Assembly: GCA_030141605.1 (NCBI GenBank)
Contig: JAQGDQ010000193.1
Location: 1 to 64,000, forward strand
Origin: Tubiluchus corallicola
Lineage: Eukaryota; Animalia; Priapulida
Reading direction: 5' to 3'
Length of the DNA: 64,000 nucleotides
In this document: positions 36,806 to 51,356 of the stretch, piece by piece
Numbering within the stretch: the first letter of the stretch is position 1
Layout of the letters: the number at the start of each line of letters is the position of its first letter
The notes under the pieces: model-generated
Databases searched by the model: none
What the model was told of the DNA's origin: nothing
What the model saw: only the letters and a program-made list of their open reading frames with translations
Position numbers and translations under genes: made by a program

Positions 36806-39800
36806 ATATCATTAACCTCTATGCCATTATTTAGCATTATAAAAAGAGCGTAGTTAACTAGTAACCATTATCATCAACATTACTATGGATTCTGACGTTA
36901 TCACTGCTATCATCATGCGATTGTCAGGGTCAATACCATAACGAATTCCAGGAGACGAAATCTGAAATTTGGAACTTGCTTGTTAGCTAGAAATTCGCCT
37001 GGCCAATACAAAACACATTCCCTTATTTATTAGTATTATAGAGCAGCAACTAAATTAGAAGCTCTGCGACACGCCCGACTGAATAAACAAAAACAACCCA
37101 CTGAGTCACACAGGAACTGTCTTTGACCGAAAATAAACAATATGAAATCAGGCTGAAATGTTTACCCCTTTCCAAGGTAACTTGAGCAAAACGATTCTTT
37201 CCAGGAAGTAAACTCATCACTGGCTTTCAAAAACGAGTCGTAGATTTTAGACGGGTCTTCCTTTTGAAATCGCGGCAAGAAATTAGTTACATTAGTCCAA
37301 AAATGAGCCCAAATTTTAAAATACCTAATGGTCAAAATGATATGAAGACATCTTTATAAATGATCCCGTTTAAGCAAACTGTCTGTGTACCTGTATGTGA
37401 AAAGTTGTCTAGCTTGGGGACGGAAATCTACACTAAGGTAAGTTTTTACAGATAAGCCAGGTACGAAAAGCCGAATCCAACATGTAAGTTAAGTAATCAC
37501 AGTCCTCCTAAGAATGATTAGACTGGAAAATGATACATAAAGCAATCCACTAGAGGTCAAAGGTCACACTTCGAAAAATGCGAAATAACTTCGCTATCTA
37601 GACATATGGCACAATTGGCAGAATACAATACACAGGTAGGAGACCAAAATGTGGGGTTTTCCACTGGCAATGGACTTACGTCTTCCTGATTAACGTTTCA
37701 GGGTCGAATTTAAAATCATAAATTTTGAATGACGGTAACATGAAAATAGTCGCTATTTTTGCACTAATTGTATATGCATATTAACTACTAAGGACATTCT
37801 GCACATGATATCAACAATGCAGAGAACAATACTATATTAGAAAGTATAAAAAAAATTTGACTCAAATAGGGCTCGAACTCAAGACCTATTGCGCATCTTT
37901 TCGCAGCTTCACGATCATGAACAATCAAAGTACTCAGAGAAAGACAGAGAAATTTCCCATGAAATTAACCTCAATCTGTCACGATATCTGCCAGCTTGGA
38001 ACTTATCAGCTGCAGTAACAAACTCCCCGCAATAATAAATGCAACTTCTTTGATCTCTCACCAGACGCCGGCTACTTATCCCAATCGTAAACAGTTTAGC
38101 GTCGTGCGTAGCTTGTTTAAATCAAACGCACGCCTTAAATAATTACAACTCGCGTGCTTCTAGGTAAACGTTGAATATGCAATAAATTAGTAAAAAACGT
38201 GATAAAAAAGTTAGTTCAACTATAAGCATCAACTAAAACGTTTTCGCTAGAAGACTCGCAAATTTCAGACTAAAATACAGTCTGACCATGTCTGACGTCA
38301 CATAGCAGACATAATTAAGAACACTAAAGGGTTAAAAACTATGCGCTATGTCTACAATATCTACTAGGTTGAATGTTTCTTGCTATTTTAATAAATGCAA
38401 ATCGTATTTAAATTTATTTTGCGATAATGAAAGAGGTAAAATGTAATGTTCTATTTTTATTTCGAAAAAAATGTGAATTTATTCCTACTGAATCCTATTT
38501 CCAACTAAAACAATGCTGGAATCTGGATACCAACACTTTCTGCAGTCGAGTTTCAGTTTGTGTATTTGTGATTATTCCTCCATATTTATGCGACACCAAT
38601 AGCTACAACAACAACACACACTAGCGTCCTAACAAATGATTTAACTCATCAAAAGTGATCAATGAACGGTTTATTTCAACAACTAAAAAAGTGTTTGCTT
38701 CGATATTACACATAACAGGCCAGCAAGCACGTTTTGCGGTTACCCGCTTGCGAAGCAACACTATAAAACGGTCTACTTCGCCGTGTTTACAATGTCGTTC
38801 ATGTTCATGTAAGAAGTTTTTAACCAGTTTGTATTTTTATACAACAATAGAGTTACCTCGTATTCTAAATTTTTTTCAAAAACCGATTCCATGTAGCAAC
38901 AGGAAATGACGTTCTAAATGACATATGCAGACAATGGGCACAAAAAACTCACTAAACGAGTAACTCAAAACTTCGCATTACAGACTAGTTTAAACTTGGT
39001 ATATAAATTTTACTAAGCAACGAGGCGGAGCGAGCATTTTATAGTCTGTTATAAATAAATTACATAACTTTGTCTCGCAGTATAGCTATAACAACCCAAG
39101 CTGATGAATACCTATAGAATGCTCTTAGACTGACCTGCAATGCTACAGCTATTGGTTAACAACATCTGTTTGGTGCCATGTAGCAGTTAGGTGCCAAAAT
39201 CCGCAAGGTGCATATTAACATTAACAAAGTCACTTGTTTGGAACATACAGGCCACTTTAATCTACCACCAGACTGGAAGCGAAACTTTCAGCTCCTAGGT
39301 AATTAGGATATTTCGTCTGCAAGCGGCACAGAAAGCAGGTCCAAATATCCCAGCAAACGAGAAAAACGACCTTAAACAAAGCAGAGTAAACGAAACTTAA
39401 CGAACACATACGACGGAATGCCCTACTCACTGCCCCGCGATATCAAAAATTAACCCAGAAAAACTGAAGAAAACGAGAAGAGAAGTTTCCTGCGTTTACT
39501 GGCTTCTAGTGAATTAAGCGAACACTCTCAACTTTCACGATAATTTAACAAACTGAAAAAAGCCAGAAGCGTGCTATGATCAAACGTAAAATGTAGGTAA
39601 CACTGCGCCGGAATGGAAAAAGCACAAAGATACAAAGTACACTTACAAAAATACAGTAACCGGATAAAAAATTCAAATAATTTAAGCACAAATGAATTAC
39701 GATTAGTTATATACATATAACAAAATGTATTTGTGACGGTGTGTTCACTGCAAATACAGTATAAGTATATGTACTGTATAAGCAATTAAACTCCTTAAAA

Positions 39801-40462
39801 TTTTAAATAGCGCAGTAAAAGCAAAGTACCTGTACAATGTACGTGTTCGGGCGCCATGACATTTTATGCAAATTTACAACAAATGATACATGCAGGACGA
39901 GGTGTCTTTAATTACGCCGACGGAAATGCAAAGCGATGAAAATCAACGTCTGTCTGACTAGCTTATCTTATCAACTGAATGACAAACTCGTCATATAAAA
40001 TCATCGACTCAAAATAATGACAAAATTATCGTTTACTACAAAGCTACAGCACTAGACACTAATTCAGTAACTTAGCTGTTGCGAATTTAGAAATTACAAA
40101 TTCTTCTATATGTGTTAGCAAAGCGTACGCGTTTAAAATAGCCGACTAAAAATAAATAATATTATATTATGTTACAATGTATGCACTACACACAATTATA
40201 CGTGTATACGCGCTATGAAAGCTATATTAAGATCATAGAATCAGTAGACGTCACAAGGGACTATGCGGCTAAATTGTCATAACCTAGAACTTACAATTAT
40301 AAGGTTAAACATTCAAATGCAGACTTAATCCAGTCGCATTTCCTTAATTTCATTCGGTCAAGTTCAGTTTCAAAATTTCAATAATCGTGGATTAAGCCAT
40401 CCTTAATAAACAATCATGAAGTCAAGATTATAAATGATTAATTACAGAGCACTATGATATTA

Positions 40463-40908
40463 CAGGGCCGGATTATGACCCCTTGGGGCCCCTAGGCTAA
40501 TGAAATTACGGTACCCCTCAGACGAAACCACCCTGTAACTCGCACGTCAGATGAGCTTTATACTAAACAAACCTGGTCTATTCAAGCCGTATTGTAATAT
40601 TTTTTATTCATGTTTAAACTAAACATGGACTGGGACTCCATGATTTACAGCTAGGACCCGAAATTGGGGCCCTTTATCTAAAATAAGGGAGCACAAACAG
40701 AGGCAACTTTTTTAAAATTGGGTTTTCAGGCTTCTAGGCCCCGTTTTTCAAAGCATAAAATGTATTTTAAATTACGTGAAATATTCAGACATACAAAATG
40801 TTAAAATACTATAGTCATTTAACAAAAAAGTTACATTTGAAAATCTTTTAGAAGGGCCTCCCAAGCTTGAAGGTCGCCTATACTAGTGTACAGGGCAATC
40901 CGGTCCGG
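40463..40908. mobile_element. Degenerate hAT-like MITE
   Basis: CAGGGCCGGATT and AATCCGGTCCGG imperfect TIRs with GGGGCCC subterminal motifs; no clear TSD. Confidence 0.5.
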
Positions 40909-41154
40909 ACTATGACTCAGAAAAGGGGTTCATAAATTTGGGCATCCTACTACCGCACCATATTCATGCGACCATCTCTCAATGTTCTTCTAATATTTGA
41001 TAACAACAGGGATACTTAACATAATATGTAAGTAATTCTGATGAGAAAAATAAAAGTACTTGCAGTAGTACACTTTTTTGCAATTGAATAAAGTTTAATG
41101 TAAAAGTAGACCTTTTCGTAAATCCACCAAAGTAAGAAATAATAATATACTCAC

Positions 41155-41348
41155 TTTTTCTAGTGGCAGACGAATAAATTTACTGTAACTACAGGGAATT
41201 TTGTAAATCTCAAGTCACTGTAATGACACAGCAATTAAGTATAGTATATTCACACAACAAAAAAATCTATCAGCAACTTATTTTTACAAATTTCACCAGT
41301 CTTTTCCCACAAAGTTCAACACGTTCAACTTCTTCGCTTGGACACTGC
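41155..41348 (-). other. Candidate non-coding first exon of papilin
   Basis: Strong AAA|gtgagt donor at 41154, Inr-like GCAGTG near 41345, CpG-rich sequence upstream; the ATG exon has a splice acceptor and so needs an upstream exon. Confidence 0.45.
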
Positions 41349-44300
41349 GTCCTCTGCTCGTACGCGAGCGACGCACGCTACCGGTCAAAGCGTCTGAAGC
41401 TGGGAATATTCCCGGAAAAATCCGCCGGGAAGACGCTAAGCACGATGGGACTCTTGGACCATGCCTTTCGATGAAAATTTAAAGTCAAATTTCAAATAGA
41501 CGTACAATAAAACGTTTTTAATGGCTTTCAAATAGGTCTTTAAAAACTGTCCTAGCAAGCTGTCTTCGCAACTTAGTACTCAGTATCGCATCAGAGTGAA
41601 ATATGAACACGAGCGCTATAAAAGAAGCCTGTGTGCTAGCAGACTAAGACTAAAACACGTGTAGGTCACAAAACTCTTTAAGGCCAGAACGCAAGTACCC
41701 ACAGACCCAATGCATATATCACAAAACCACAACAATTTTACGTATTGACCATGAAGTATTACGTATCAGCGCATATACATACAGTCATTCGATACTGTTC
41801 ATGCTGGGCGCATCATAACAGGCTATCATAACACAACTTTTCTCGGTCCGAACGTCCCGATTCCGAGACCGGATTCCGGTTACCAAAGGGCGCTCGACAA
41901 TCACGCCACGTAGCGGGGACACTCCATTATCAGGCTCGAGTTCGAAACCTAGGCCAGGTGTCTCACCGCGATGCAGCGATGAGTGATAATTGTATCTCCA
42001 ATTTAAAACTAATTAGCACGCACAAAACAAGAAGACACCCGTGAATGGATACGTCCCGGGATACATGAATCAGGCTAAATGTGATCATGTCAGATAACCC
42101 CACCACATCCAGGAGTTATCCTCCTATGTTGATACACAATTCCTATACACACGACGGTAAACTTTGAGGATTAATTGTGCAAAGTGAACCCGAGCCACCG
42201 AGCAGTGTAATGACCCCAACATATGGAACTCCTTCGCACAACAATTAAAACTAAACAGTTAATTGGGAGGCTGCGACGCTGCGGTAATTAAGGCAATAAT
42301 AAGAAGGATAAAATAGACAATTCTACTGTTAGGTAGCGTTTAAGTTGTGAATATAATGTGACAGTCGGGTAAAGGATAAACTTAGCTACTACAGTTTATA
42401 ATAAATCTTACACGACAGAGGTTCCTAACGGTAAATGTGAACGAGCTATTAGTTTCCATGCAGAAACCGATAATCAAATTCGTCAAAACTAATTACAGAT
42501 GCGATTTATTTACAATATTTCATGGAAAATTTCAAATACGAAATACCGATTCACCTCAAAACTGTTCTTACATCTTTTCTCTTACACCCTTTCTTATACC
42601 TACTTTACAGTAGAAATGTTAGATCTGCTATAGTTTTATCAACGCCTACGTAGTCACAATTTACATACAGGGTTATTACCCCACCATTATTAAGGAGCAA
42701 TAATCAGTAAGTCGTCAAGAATGAGAGCTTAAACGCGGTCTAATTTGTGAATCCATTGCAATGAAACCCCTACTAATTGCATGTGTTCTCACTAGTGAAG
42801 TTATTTACTTATTGTCTTGTGAATAAGTAAATTTGAATGTGAAGCAAAACCGAAAAAGTGCGATGCTGCAGCGGCGGCTGATGAAACCGGATGTGGTAAA
42901 CTGTGAGCGGAAGTTATTAAGATCAAGGCCAAGCAGAAACGCCCAGACAAATGTATAGTAAGCAACAGCATAAGCTTAAACCCCAGCGAAGTCAAAATAC
43001 GTTTTTGTATTGAGAATTTGTGTACGAATATGCTGACCACAGCACTGTGCTAATTCTGTATTCACCCATTCAACTGCATTTAACCATACCTCAATATGTG
43101 TGTAATAACATACTATGCAGTATTTTAGCTGAGTGGCCATGCTATGTGCCCGGCGACCAAAGTTCAGCAACACTGAACAGATGGGCGACCACAAGGTTCA
43201 AAAACCGCTCTGGTAGTTCCTTTCACCGTATTGATTTTGGATACTTTTCTTTGTAGAGGACGTATTAACATCCAAACGTGACTGAAACGTTTGTGTGGGG
43301 TCCATTATCTCGTTTCACGGGTTTGTCTTGATAATGAGCCAGATTCTGGTCCTCTCACAAACCTCCACATTAAGTAGGACATTAAGTGCTGGATTCTGTC
43401 TTGCAAACTTGCACAAAAAGTCTAGAAGAACAAGAACAACATTCCGCATAGCCCACCGACATTCAAGCTAAAATATACCTGTGGCTTTGCACGAGTCCAG
43501 GTCTTCTTTTAGTTTTATGTACCGGGTCAACTGCCAACTACATTCTCATTGGTTTGAAATGTGTCATTAACTCCTTCTCCCTGCTGCTTCCCAGCAGCTA
43601 AAAATATCGGGCCAAGACTGGCTTGAAGATCTGGGCCCATTTGAATTTGTAAGCCTAACTGAATAGCCCTAAGGTAGACCTTTTAAAATGACGTATAGTG
43701 AGATAGAATATAGGAATAATACAAGCACACAAAAATTACTAGATTAGATAATACGAAAAACTTTGACACTTCACTGGGGTTCGAACCCATTACCTTCTGA
43801 ATAACAAGATTTACTTGATGGAGTACTCTTCACCAGGATAGGGTATTTAGACAAATTTGTAGTAACACAGAATTTAATGTTAATTTCAAAATCACAAGTA
43901 TCATCAGGAACTTAGCAACTTGTGTAGAATTATTCAAAGTCAGAAAATATTTTCTACTGATTCATTTTGACCACCGTTACAAGTAAAAGCTACTAAGTTA
44001 CATATAAAAGATTTAAATATAATTTAGTAATACTGAAAAGGCAATGTCAAACGCATTCCTACTTAATGCAATGGCTAGTAATTACATATTTAATGCATGT
44101 GTTATTTTTCAGAACTTTACCAGGCAGCCATCTTAAAAAACATTCAAGAAAATCCTGGGCAAACAAACTTAAAATTTTCGAAAACTACCTAGGACATTTT
44201 CGACTCTAAAAAAACAAATAAACAAATGTTTACATAATCCTGTACTTACAAAGTGAAAAACAATGAAAAAACAGGCTCCTGTTAATCCAAACTATACATC

Positions 44301-46144
44301 ACTACATTACAGATAATTTGAAGAGCGCGGATGCTGTCACAGCACCGAAACAAAATCAGCTCTAGAGATAAACTGGAAGTGGGAGGAAGGCACCTCTTCC
44401 TGTGTCAGATTCGGTACATCCTCCATAGATGCCCTCATTTCAGATGCTGAACTCGCAAAGCTTTGCGGTCAGGTAGTACTCAGCTAAATGTAGCAAATTA
44501 TCTATTTATAATGTGAATCTGGTGCCTTAGTTTAGATACAAGATTTTTTTGCACTTTGCAGTACAACAAATGCAAACAAACAACAATGTGTGAAAGCAAT
44601 GCTAAATTAGAAAGTGTGAAAAATGTTACACCACCATTGGGACACGAACCCAAGACCTTCTGCTTTCCGGGCAACTATGCTAACCATTATAGCTAACCAA
44701 TTAAGCAACAGAGCTACTCTGACTTTTTAGACTCGAATTGATAAAATTGCAATTATTGCATGTTCTAATATCTATATCGTCTTTCTTTTTCCTTCCGTTG
44801 TAAGATTGCCATTGTCCATGTTCCAAGTGGAAGTGGCCCATAGACTAAAATAGTTTTAGTAAAAACGAATTAGTAAAACTAGTAAACAATGTCTTGTGCT
44901 GTATTATATAAGCTGCATGCAAGAAACATTAACATAAATTGCAGCACAGTTAATAAATATCAAAAGGCCGCAACAGACCACAGCAATAAGTACTACATAA
45001 AATTTTCCAATTGCTAATTTTGTTAATTTCTCAAAGTACAGAGTTTACAATACACATTTATGCATTCCAACACTGTGTTACACTGCCAGACCTTAATGAA
45101 CTTTGCAAACCATCCTTTTGGTAATAAGATTCCAAAAGTAAAGATCTTGAAATTTTTCTCTTACTGAAGAAAGATGCCTCCACCTATTTTCTCTTACAAA
45201 GAAACATGCATTATTTATAAACAATTGAACAGAACTAAAACAAACACCAGTGCCTGTTCAATGTCTTATCTTAGGTGGTTAGAGAGCTATCCTTGGTTAA
45301 TGTGGTAAGTTCTGGTCACACCACACTGAGAATTTGAGTAGTGGGCCTGCTGTTTATTGCTAGGTTTTGAGCCAACCTGTCAAAAAAAACATTCTCTCTC
45401 TTTGAAAACTTATACAATTAAACCAAGACCTACTGTCTTGAAACTTATTTATACCATATTAAAACTGCCAATGATACAAAATTATAACTAAAAATATGCA
45501 TGCAGCAAACTCATTGATGAAAACTGACTTGCTACAAACTACGAGAATTGCTAACCTTGATTGATCCCAGATAAACAAGGAAAGGCCTTTTCATGGCAAG
45601 GATATGAGTCCTCATTTAAGCATCGAATTGGAGCAAAATGATCCACATCTCACGCAGAATGTGCCAGCAGTTGTCACAAAATGCGACACAGAATGGGCAC
45701 AGAAAAACAGAAGCATTTGCTTGGTCAGGTCATCCCAAATTGTAAAGTGATTGATGGTAAAATTTCATAATGTTCAGGCAACTTCAATCAGTGCAAAACT
45801 AGGGGCAAGCAGTACTGTGTTTTCGTTTTCACATTGCAAGCAAATCAACCATTTTAATGTTAAAAGAAAACAGTGGGATTGGGATTTTGAATATTGTATC
45901 TCATTTTGAGGAACGGTAAAAAGTACACGTTTGAATATCTATAATAATGCCAAAATGTTTTTGATAATTAAATAATGGGTTAAAAACTTAATTAACACCC
46001 GTCGAGTTCAGCTAATTATGACGTCAAAAATGGACATCATTTTCAAGAGCACAAACATTCCACGAGCGTGTTGCATGTGTTTGCCATAGCGACAATTGAA
46101 GTAAACTGCTACTGTACAACATTTAGTGTGATACTCAAAACTCC

Positions 46145-46430
46145 CCAAATTTTAAGTTTAAAAGCTTAAATTCCAAAGTTTACCTTTGGGTTCACGCATG
46201 AACTCTCAAACTTGTGCACAACATCACAACTGAACAACGACTGAACTACATACAGCACTAGTGCCCATCTAACTAGCGAATGGCAAAATACATGTAACTA
46301 GCCGCATGAAGAGGAAATTAGATTTCTATAGAAATAATCCTTATATGTAAGTCATTCTTGAAAATCCTTTCAAAACTTTATAGGTTAGAATATTTTAAGC
46401 TATAGTTTAAGATTGGATCCGGTTTTCTAT
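46145..46430. repeat. Dispersed repeat, second copy at about 35845-36207
   Basis: Same ordered blocks as the 35.9 kb copy. Confidence 0.65.
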
Positions 46431-49400
46431 TAGCAATCACTTCGAAGATCACAATCACTTTGAAAGACAAACATTTTTCCATCCTCTGTTTTAATGTAAA
46501 AATTTTTCAGTGTATCTTAGTAGTGTTACGATATGCCTTTAATAGCATATCACATGCGGTAACAGAACTCTTTGTAGTGATGGTATGGTTCTTACAGAAC
46601 AATAGCAGATAAAAATAGCTATGTGGTCACAGTGTGTGCCTATTGCTTAGCAACCAAGGTAGCTATCGCCAGACCAATTAGATAAATGGATGGGTGACCA
46701 CACAAACAACTATTTCTAGGCAGATTCATCGTAAACCACGAAGATGTATAATCATACAAAAGAGCCCGATCCTTGTGCAATTAATATTTATGTGTCACAT
46801 TTCAGAAACTTACTTTAGAAAATAAAGCTAGATCTAGCCTACCATAACAATGCACTTTAAATACGCCTTGCCAATGAGAATCAAATCTTGACTTTCATAC
46901 TTCTAACACGATTTTTTTTTCAATTCTTGTCATGTGTGGCTCATTTACAGGAAGACAAAAAACAGGAAATCATGGTTGTTGAACTGATGACACAATGCAT
47001 CTCGTACCATTAAAACAGAAGTCCCAGAAATTGCTTAATGAGAAAAATTTAACTAATCAGAAATTGTCTAACTGCAATACTGGGACACACATGTTAGTAA
47101 GTAAGTAAGTCATTTATTTATCACCTCTAACACTGAATACAGGACACATAACAACAACATCATTTAGTATGAGGGTATTAGGACTGATATGACAATATAT
47201 TTTACAAACTGTATAAAAAAGATTAAGCAGCTTATGACCAACAATAGACCTCCACAAAATGCACCACAAAGCCTACATTATTATACAAGTTAACTTATAA
47301 AATAGCAACAAACAGCAAAACACAGAAAAAGCAGTTCAGTGTTCCGTGGAGGCAATGGATACACTTAAATCTTTTAAATAAGTACTTGTATCTGGCTTTT
47401 AATATACAGCCATGGCAGCACACTGTAATATAGTCAATTATCTCTTAATTTCTAATTGGGCCTATTGCCTAATGAAGATTACTGCTAGTGTTAAACAATA
47501 ACACAGTGATGCAGCTGGCATAGTTTATACACTAATAAAATCTTAGTGGAAGATGTATGCAGGCTCGAGCAGCTGTTTCCCAAAAAATGGCGATTTAACA
47601 GTTTGCATGGTCACTGATGGCTAACATACAAAGCACACACAAAGGATAGGCTTATGCAAAGCTTGAAATCTCACAGGCCAACTTCACCAGTTATAATTAA
47701 CTATAAACTTCGAGCATAGTATTACTTGCTTCCACTAACACTATAATATAATATCATATTTACACTACATCATGACAACTTCAAAACGACACAGTCATAG
47801 CCTCTCAACAACCGGCAAACTCTCAGATACAGCAATATTTACAGTACGACAATGTTTACCTCAAACTTTTGCTTTTTAAATCTTTTAAAGCTAACTAAAG
47901 GCAGTCTGACAGAATACAGGAGATCCAGTAATAACTCGTTTGCCCACTATTCCTGCATCCACGTTAACAACGAAATAATGAGGCCATTAAAAGGTTATTT
48001 AAAACTTTGATTATATGGAATAATTAAAATGCATAATGTATAATTACACCGCTACGTGAATAATGTGATTCAGCAAAGCAACTACAGCTTGCAGCTCGCT
48101 GTAAACACGCCGACACGGTTCGCGCTGTTTGTAAGTGTTGATCACGTGATAAATTCAATTTCAATTCAATTTAGTTTTATTGCGCAAATACAAAAATGTA
48201 TCATGGCAAAAACAATTACAAAAAAATCAAAGTACAAGACCAAATACAAAATATAACAAGTACAATTATGCAACGCTGCAAAACCATGAGTTTTAACTTA
48301 TTTAATTTCAACTCATCTCAATTTATATTTCACAAATACAATAGTGTATCATGTAAAAAAGTACAATTACAAAATAAAAAATCAAAGCACAAGAAATGCA
48401 AAATATAACAAATATAATTACGCAACGTCGCACAAATATGAGTTTGTACAACTTACTTAAATAACCTACTTAAATCTAATAAGAAACTATGTGCGCTTAT
48501 GAAATAATGCTTTTATGCTACAACTACAAAGAACTAGTAAAAATACTAAACTTTAGTAATTAAAATAATCACAAATGACATTAAACTACACAATCATAGC
48601 ACAAAGCCATTACTACGCACGAGCAGTACTATTAACACAAAACCCGCACACTATCTATCGAACTACCATTACACTGATACAATCTCTGATCTGGTCATCT
48701 ATCTATACATCTACGACATCAATGCAAAAAACTTTTGGCAACAACTTCGATTCCTAGGGAAGAAGAAATCAGCACTTTGGCAGCAGACTCTAACCAATTT
48801 TTTTCAACTTTCATTATTTTGTTTTTATAAGCTTTCATTTAAAAAACTTGTGCTGATACCTAATACTTCTAGGTCATTTTTCTCTTTCCATAGCTAAGTT
48901 ATACCATTTGTATGTAACTGTGATGTTAGTATCAGTATACTGTATCCTAACATTTTATGAAATTTTTAACGGGTTATGTAGTATTCACGTGTATTGCTTT
49001 GCCAATGTACATTGTATGTATTTGTGCAAATAAAACTGAATTGAATTGATCATAGAGTTAGTTAGGCATGATACTTGATGGCGATATACTCTTCTAATTT
49101 CTAAAGCCTTTCCACTATTCTGAAGATCGTGGCTGGAGTGGTTGCCAGTGCCAGGTGACCATTATGTGTGGTCTTTCGCCACCCCATCTCAGTACAGCTT
49201 GTAAAATTTGTGCTCAATCAAATAATTCTTGTAATAATTGTTATACTGATGACATGATGACATCATAAATGACTGGAATGAAACAAATTAGCCTAAATCT
49301 AGCTGTGAAGTTACCACTGCAAAAAGGATTGTTGGTAAGATCTGTGTTGTGCAAGTCGAAAACTTGTGGTGACTTTTCTGATCCTTGGTCGAAGGATTTA

Positions 49401-49749
49401 TCTCCCGGAAAACAGGCAATGAGCTGTATTCTGAATGGCCCTACTAACGTCTGCCATTAGTGTTGCAACCAGAATCCTATTCAAGTTGTCAACTGATACC
49501 GGAAACAAACTGAAACCACATACGTTCACCCGAGGCATTGTTGTTATTAATATGTTATATTATGAGCAACTGAGCTATGCACGCTGGTTTTGATTAGTCC
49601 AATTGTATATCATATATTTGCTGGCAACTTGGCATACTAATAATAGTCAGACCTGCATGTATCATCCTAAAAAAACTTCAGTTTGGTGTATCAAGTATCT
49701 GCTTTGAAGCATATCTCATCCTATACTATCCAACATAGAATTTACACTA

Positions 49750-50370
49750 GATTCATAATATAACATTGAACATCCTTAATCAGCCGTTTTACAGATGTGC
49801 TATGTATGAGGGAGACCATGCCGAAGTCACAAACTCCAATTGCCATCTCATCAGGCTACATTTACCAAATGCCTTTCTAATCAGCTATTGTGTCCTTGAC
49901 ATCTCGGAAGTCACACCTTGAGTCACTTGATTGCAGTAATTGCACCAATGCATTACGCATTAGTGTAGAACATCAATTTTTGAGATTTCCTTGCTTACAA
50001 AGATATGGAAAAAAGGAAATTGAAGATCTTAACATACCTTTGATGGACATGTAAATAACAATATTATCTGCAACCAATCCCACTGTGCATGTTATTCCCC
50101 GTGAAATGTACAGGGAAAATGGTACAGGTCCCAAAACTAAGCCCTGGAATGCACTTCAGGAAAAATCAATGAAAACTCAAAATTCTGTTAACAGATACTT
50201 TATGTATTCACTGTTCAGTTTGATAGGAAGCATCTCATCATGTCCTGGGTGGGACTTTCATCTAATGTTGTAAAACCGCAACTTATACCAGTCCAAAGCT
50301 TGTGATGGCCAACCTCATTGGAGGCTCACTGAAATTCATGTGTAAGGCTTCAGTTTACATCTTTAAATAA
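49750..50370 (-). mobile_element. Decayed CR1/L2-type LINE reverse transcriptase fragment
   Basis: Minus-strand QGLVLGPVPFSLYI (PQGSVLGP motif) followed by VADNIVIY (decayed YADD), with broken frames. Confidence 0.65.
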
Positions 50371-51039
50371 CGACCTGAGTTTCTCTAGGCAGTAATTCTC
50401 CACACCTAAGTTGATTGTGAATTACCTGCATAGCTGTAGGATAATGCATTTCATAATCTCGCAAGAAACACTGAACTGTAAAATACAATCAAAAAGAACA
50501 ACGGTTGCTTCAGGCTTATAGGTTTTCCGCTTATCCCAGGCACTCGGCAACCTTCCGTTAGATTAGGATTGCTGGAAGGCATGTGTTAACATTGGCATCA
50601 GCTCATCATCATAGTCGTATAGCATTCTAATTGAGTTACATCTGGTCCACTTAGTCTAACCTTATACTAGTTTTTAAAATTATGTTTCAAAAGCATTAAT
50701 ATGCACTCCACTTGGTAGTGTTTCAACTTTCTAAATCCCCAATGCAAGGATATTTTTATTGCCTTGGTTTGCCTGTCCTATAAAAATGCAGGTTAAGTAG
50801 TTCAGTCTGCTTACAGAGTTGAAAATTCTTGGAATACCCAGTGTTTATCAACAATAAAATGTTAAAATCATTTTTCAAGCTGTTTCCAAAAATGTCATTC
50901 ATGTAGCGACTGTGGGATTCTTGTGCTAATCTTTGCAACTATTTTGGATCTACTATGATTGGATGTGCATTTAAAACAGATAACATACATAAATGTGTAG
51001 AGTATCAATTCATATTCCCAGTTATTCTGGGCTGAGTGT

Positions 51040-51344
51040 AGCGGAATGCGCAGTGTGCTACGTCAAATCATTAACATTGGACCGTGGCGGCATCGCGCGG
51101 GTGAAGTTTGAAGGAAAATACGAAAATATTTCTTTTTTGGTCTAATAAAAGAAAACTATTGTTCTGTTACATTTTTATATCGAGTATTTGTTAAACGATA
51201 TGAATAAAAACGGCGTTGTATTTAGTCAAGTATTTTCTGTTTTTATTTTTATATTGCGTTAGTCGTTCAAATTTTTGAACTGCCGCCAAACGAACCGGGG
51301 TCAAGATTTGCTGTTTTGACGCGAAAAGGAAGTGAGAAATTACA
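51040..51344 (+). promoter_or_regulatory. TADA2B promoter and 5'-UTR region
   Basis: Local CpG enrichment, ETS-like GGAAGTG at about 51328, YY1-like AATGGCGG overlapping the ATG. Confidence 0.5.
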
Positions 51345-51356
51345 ATGGCGGACAGG
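51345..51356 (+). CDS. TADA2B: TADA2B candidate first coding exon (MADR)
   Basis: acaATGGCGGACAGG|gtttgg, in phase with exon 2; an alternative in-frame ATG lies at 51466. Confidence 0.55.

Noticed and set aside
42875-42905. CTGATGA followed by a short stem, as a hammerhead ribozyme
   Set aside because: No GAAA core after stem II and no supporting stems; the same applies at 25870
44313-44472. GC-richer exon-like stretch ending in CAG|gtagt
   Set aside because: An in-frame stop follows the acceptor, there is no recognisable protein, and there are no partner exons
43770-44700. B-box-like motifs at 43777 and 44638, also 37868, as tRNA genes
   Set aside because: No cloverleaf; more consistent with SINE heads
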